Origin: Armatimonadota bacterium
GTDB taxonomy: Bacteria > Armatimonadota > Fimbriimonadia > Fimbriimonadales > ATM1
Reading direction: 5' to 3'
Assembly (NCBI GenBank): GCA_021324165.1
Contig: JAJPJR010000022.1
Span: 11,168-75,167, forward strand
DNA: 64,000 nt
Made by a program: the position numbers and the translations under genes. Of the stretch, positions 63,701 to 64,000 are shown in pieces; position 1 is the stretch's first letter, and each line of letters opens with the position of its first letter. The notes beneath the pieces are model-generated. The model was not told where the DNA came from. It made no database searches and saw only the letters and a list, made by a program, of their open reading frames with translations.

Positions 63701-64000
63701 ATGAACATACGTGTCTTTCTGTTACTGCTTGGATTGTGTTTGCTGCGGTGCGCAGCATTCGGCCAAACGTTCAACGTTTCGATCAAAAACCTGGCCTACG
63801 ACCCGCCCACCATCACCATTCCTGCCGGCGCCAGCGTCAAATGGACGAACAATGAAGTTTTCACCAGCCACACGGTAACGGCTGATGACAACTCGTTCGA
63901 CAGCGGCACCCTTACCGCAGGGGCCACCTTCACCCAAACGTTCAACACGCCGGGCACTTACAATTATCATTGCAATTTCCACTTCAGCATGCACGGCACG
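63701..64000 (+). CDS. Cupredoxin (plastocyanin/amicyanin-like blue copper) protein, partial (runs off the right edge)
   Basis: AAGGAG lies upstream of the ATG. It has the signal peptide MNIRVFLLLLGLCLLRCAAFGQ, then VKWTNNEVFTSHTV, then GTYNYHCNFHFSMHG (the His/Cys/His/Met copper ligand pattern). Confidence 0.7.
   Translation, partial: MNIRVFLLLLGLCLLRCAAFGQTFNVSIKNLAYDPPTITIPAGASVKWTNNEVFTSHTVTADDNSFDSGTLTAGATFTQTFNTPGTYNYHCNFHFSMHGT

Noticed and set aside
1-64000. CRISPR arrays, transposases, integrases, phage or plasmid genes, rRNA, and large direct repeats.
   Set aside because: I saw none while reading both strands and the ORF track. The only RNA gene I could fold is tRNA-Lys. A by-eye repeat search is weak, so a dot-plot or repeat finder should confirm this.

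Overview
The window reads as a densely packed, GC-rich core chromosomal segment of a diderm, LPS-making bacterium. I found about 65 protein genes and one tRNA-Lys. I saw no rRNA, CRISPR array, transposase, integrase or prophage signature. All family calls come from motifs I recognise by eye in the supplied translations or my own; no searches were run.

Main gene groups:
- **Lipid A and LPS core:** lpxK, an LpxL-like acyltransferase, two GT9 heptosyltransferases, and waaA with a DUF374 acyltransferase.
- **DNA replication and repair:** recF-dciA, family-4 UDG, pcrA, recA-recX.
- **Cell division:** ftsE-ftsX followed by an M23 EnvC-like protein.
- **Queuosine and pterin:** folE2, queC, queE, queA.
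- **Other metabolism and maintenance:** dxs, dapB, purF, selA, mtnA, lgt, rng, aat, and several orphan ABC transporter components.

Genes are often joined by 4-nt ATGA or GTGA overlaps. One co-directional array runs from recF to an XdhC-family gene (10315-18413).

There is no obvious mobile or defence island. The candidates for something undescribed are, in order:
1. An Mpa/ARC-class AAA+ unfoldase sits behind a DUF58 (vWA-like) membrane protein and next to an RDD protein. It has no Pup-proteasome genes nearby and no proteasome-docking tail.
2. The division hydrolase logic looks inverted. The FtsEX-linked M23 protein keeps its catalytic ligands, while an AMIN-domain AmiC-like protein has lost its zinc ligands.
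3. A translationally coupled operon encodes an orphan ABC ATPase, a polysaccharide pyruvyl transferase and a divergent second WaaA (GT30) paralog.
4. An HD-phosphohydrolase, folE2 and purF form an operon reminiscent of the archaeal MptB/MptA pairing.

Two genes also appear to need a non-canonical ATT start to encode their conserved N-termini. Many long ORFs in the track are antisense shadows of real genes and were rejected.
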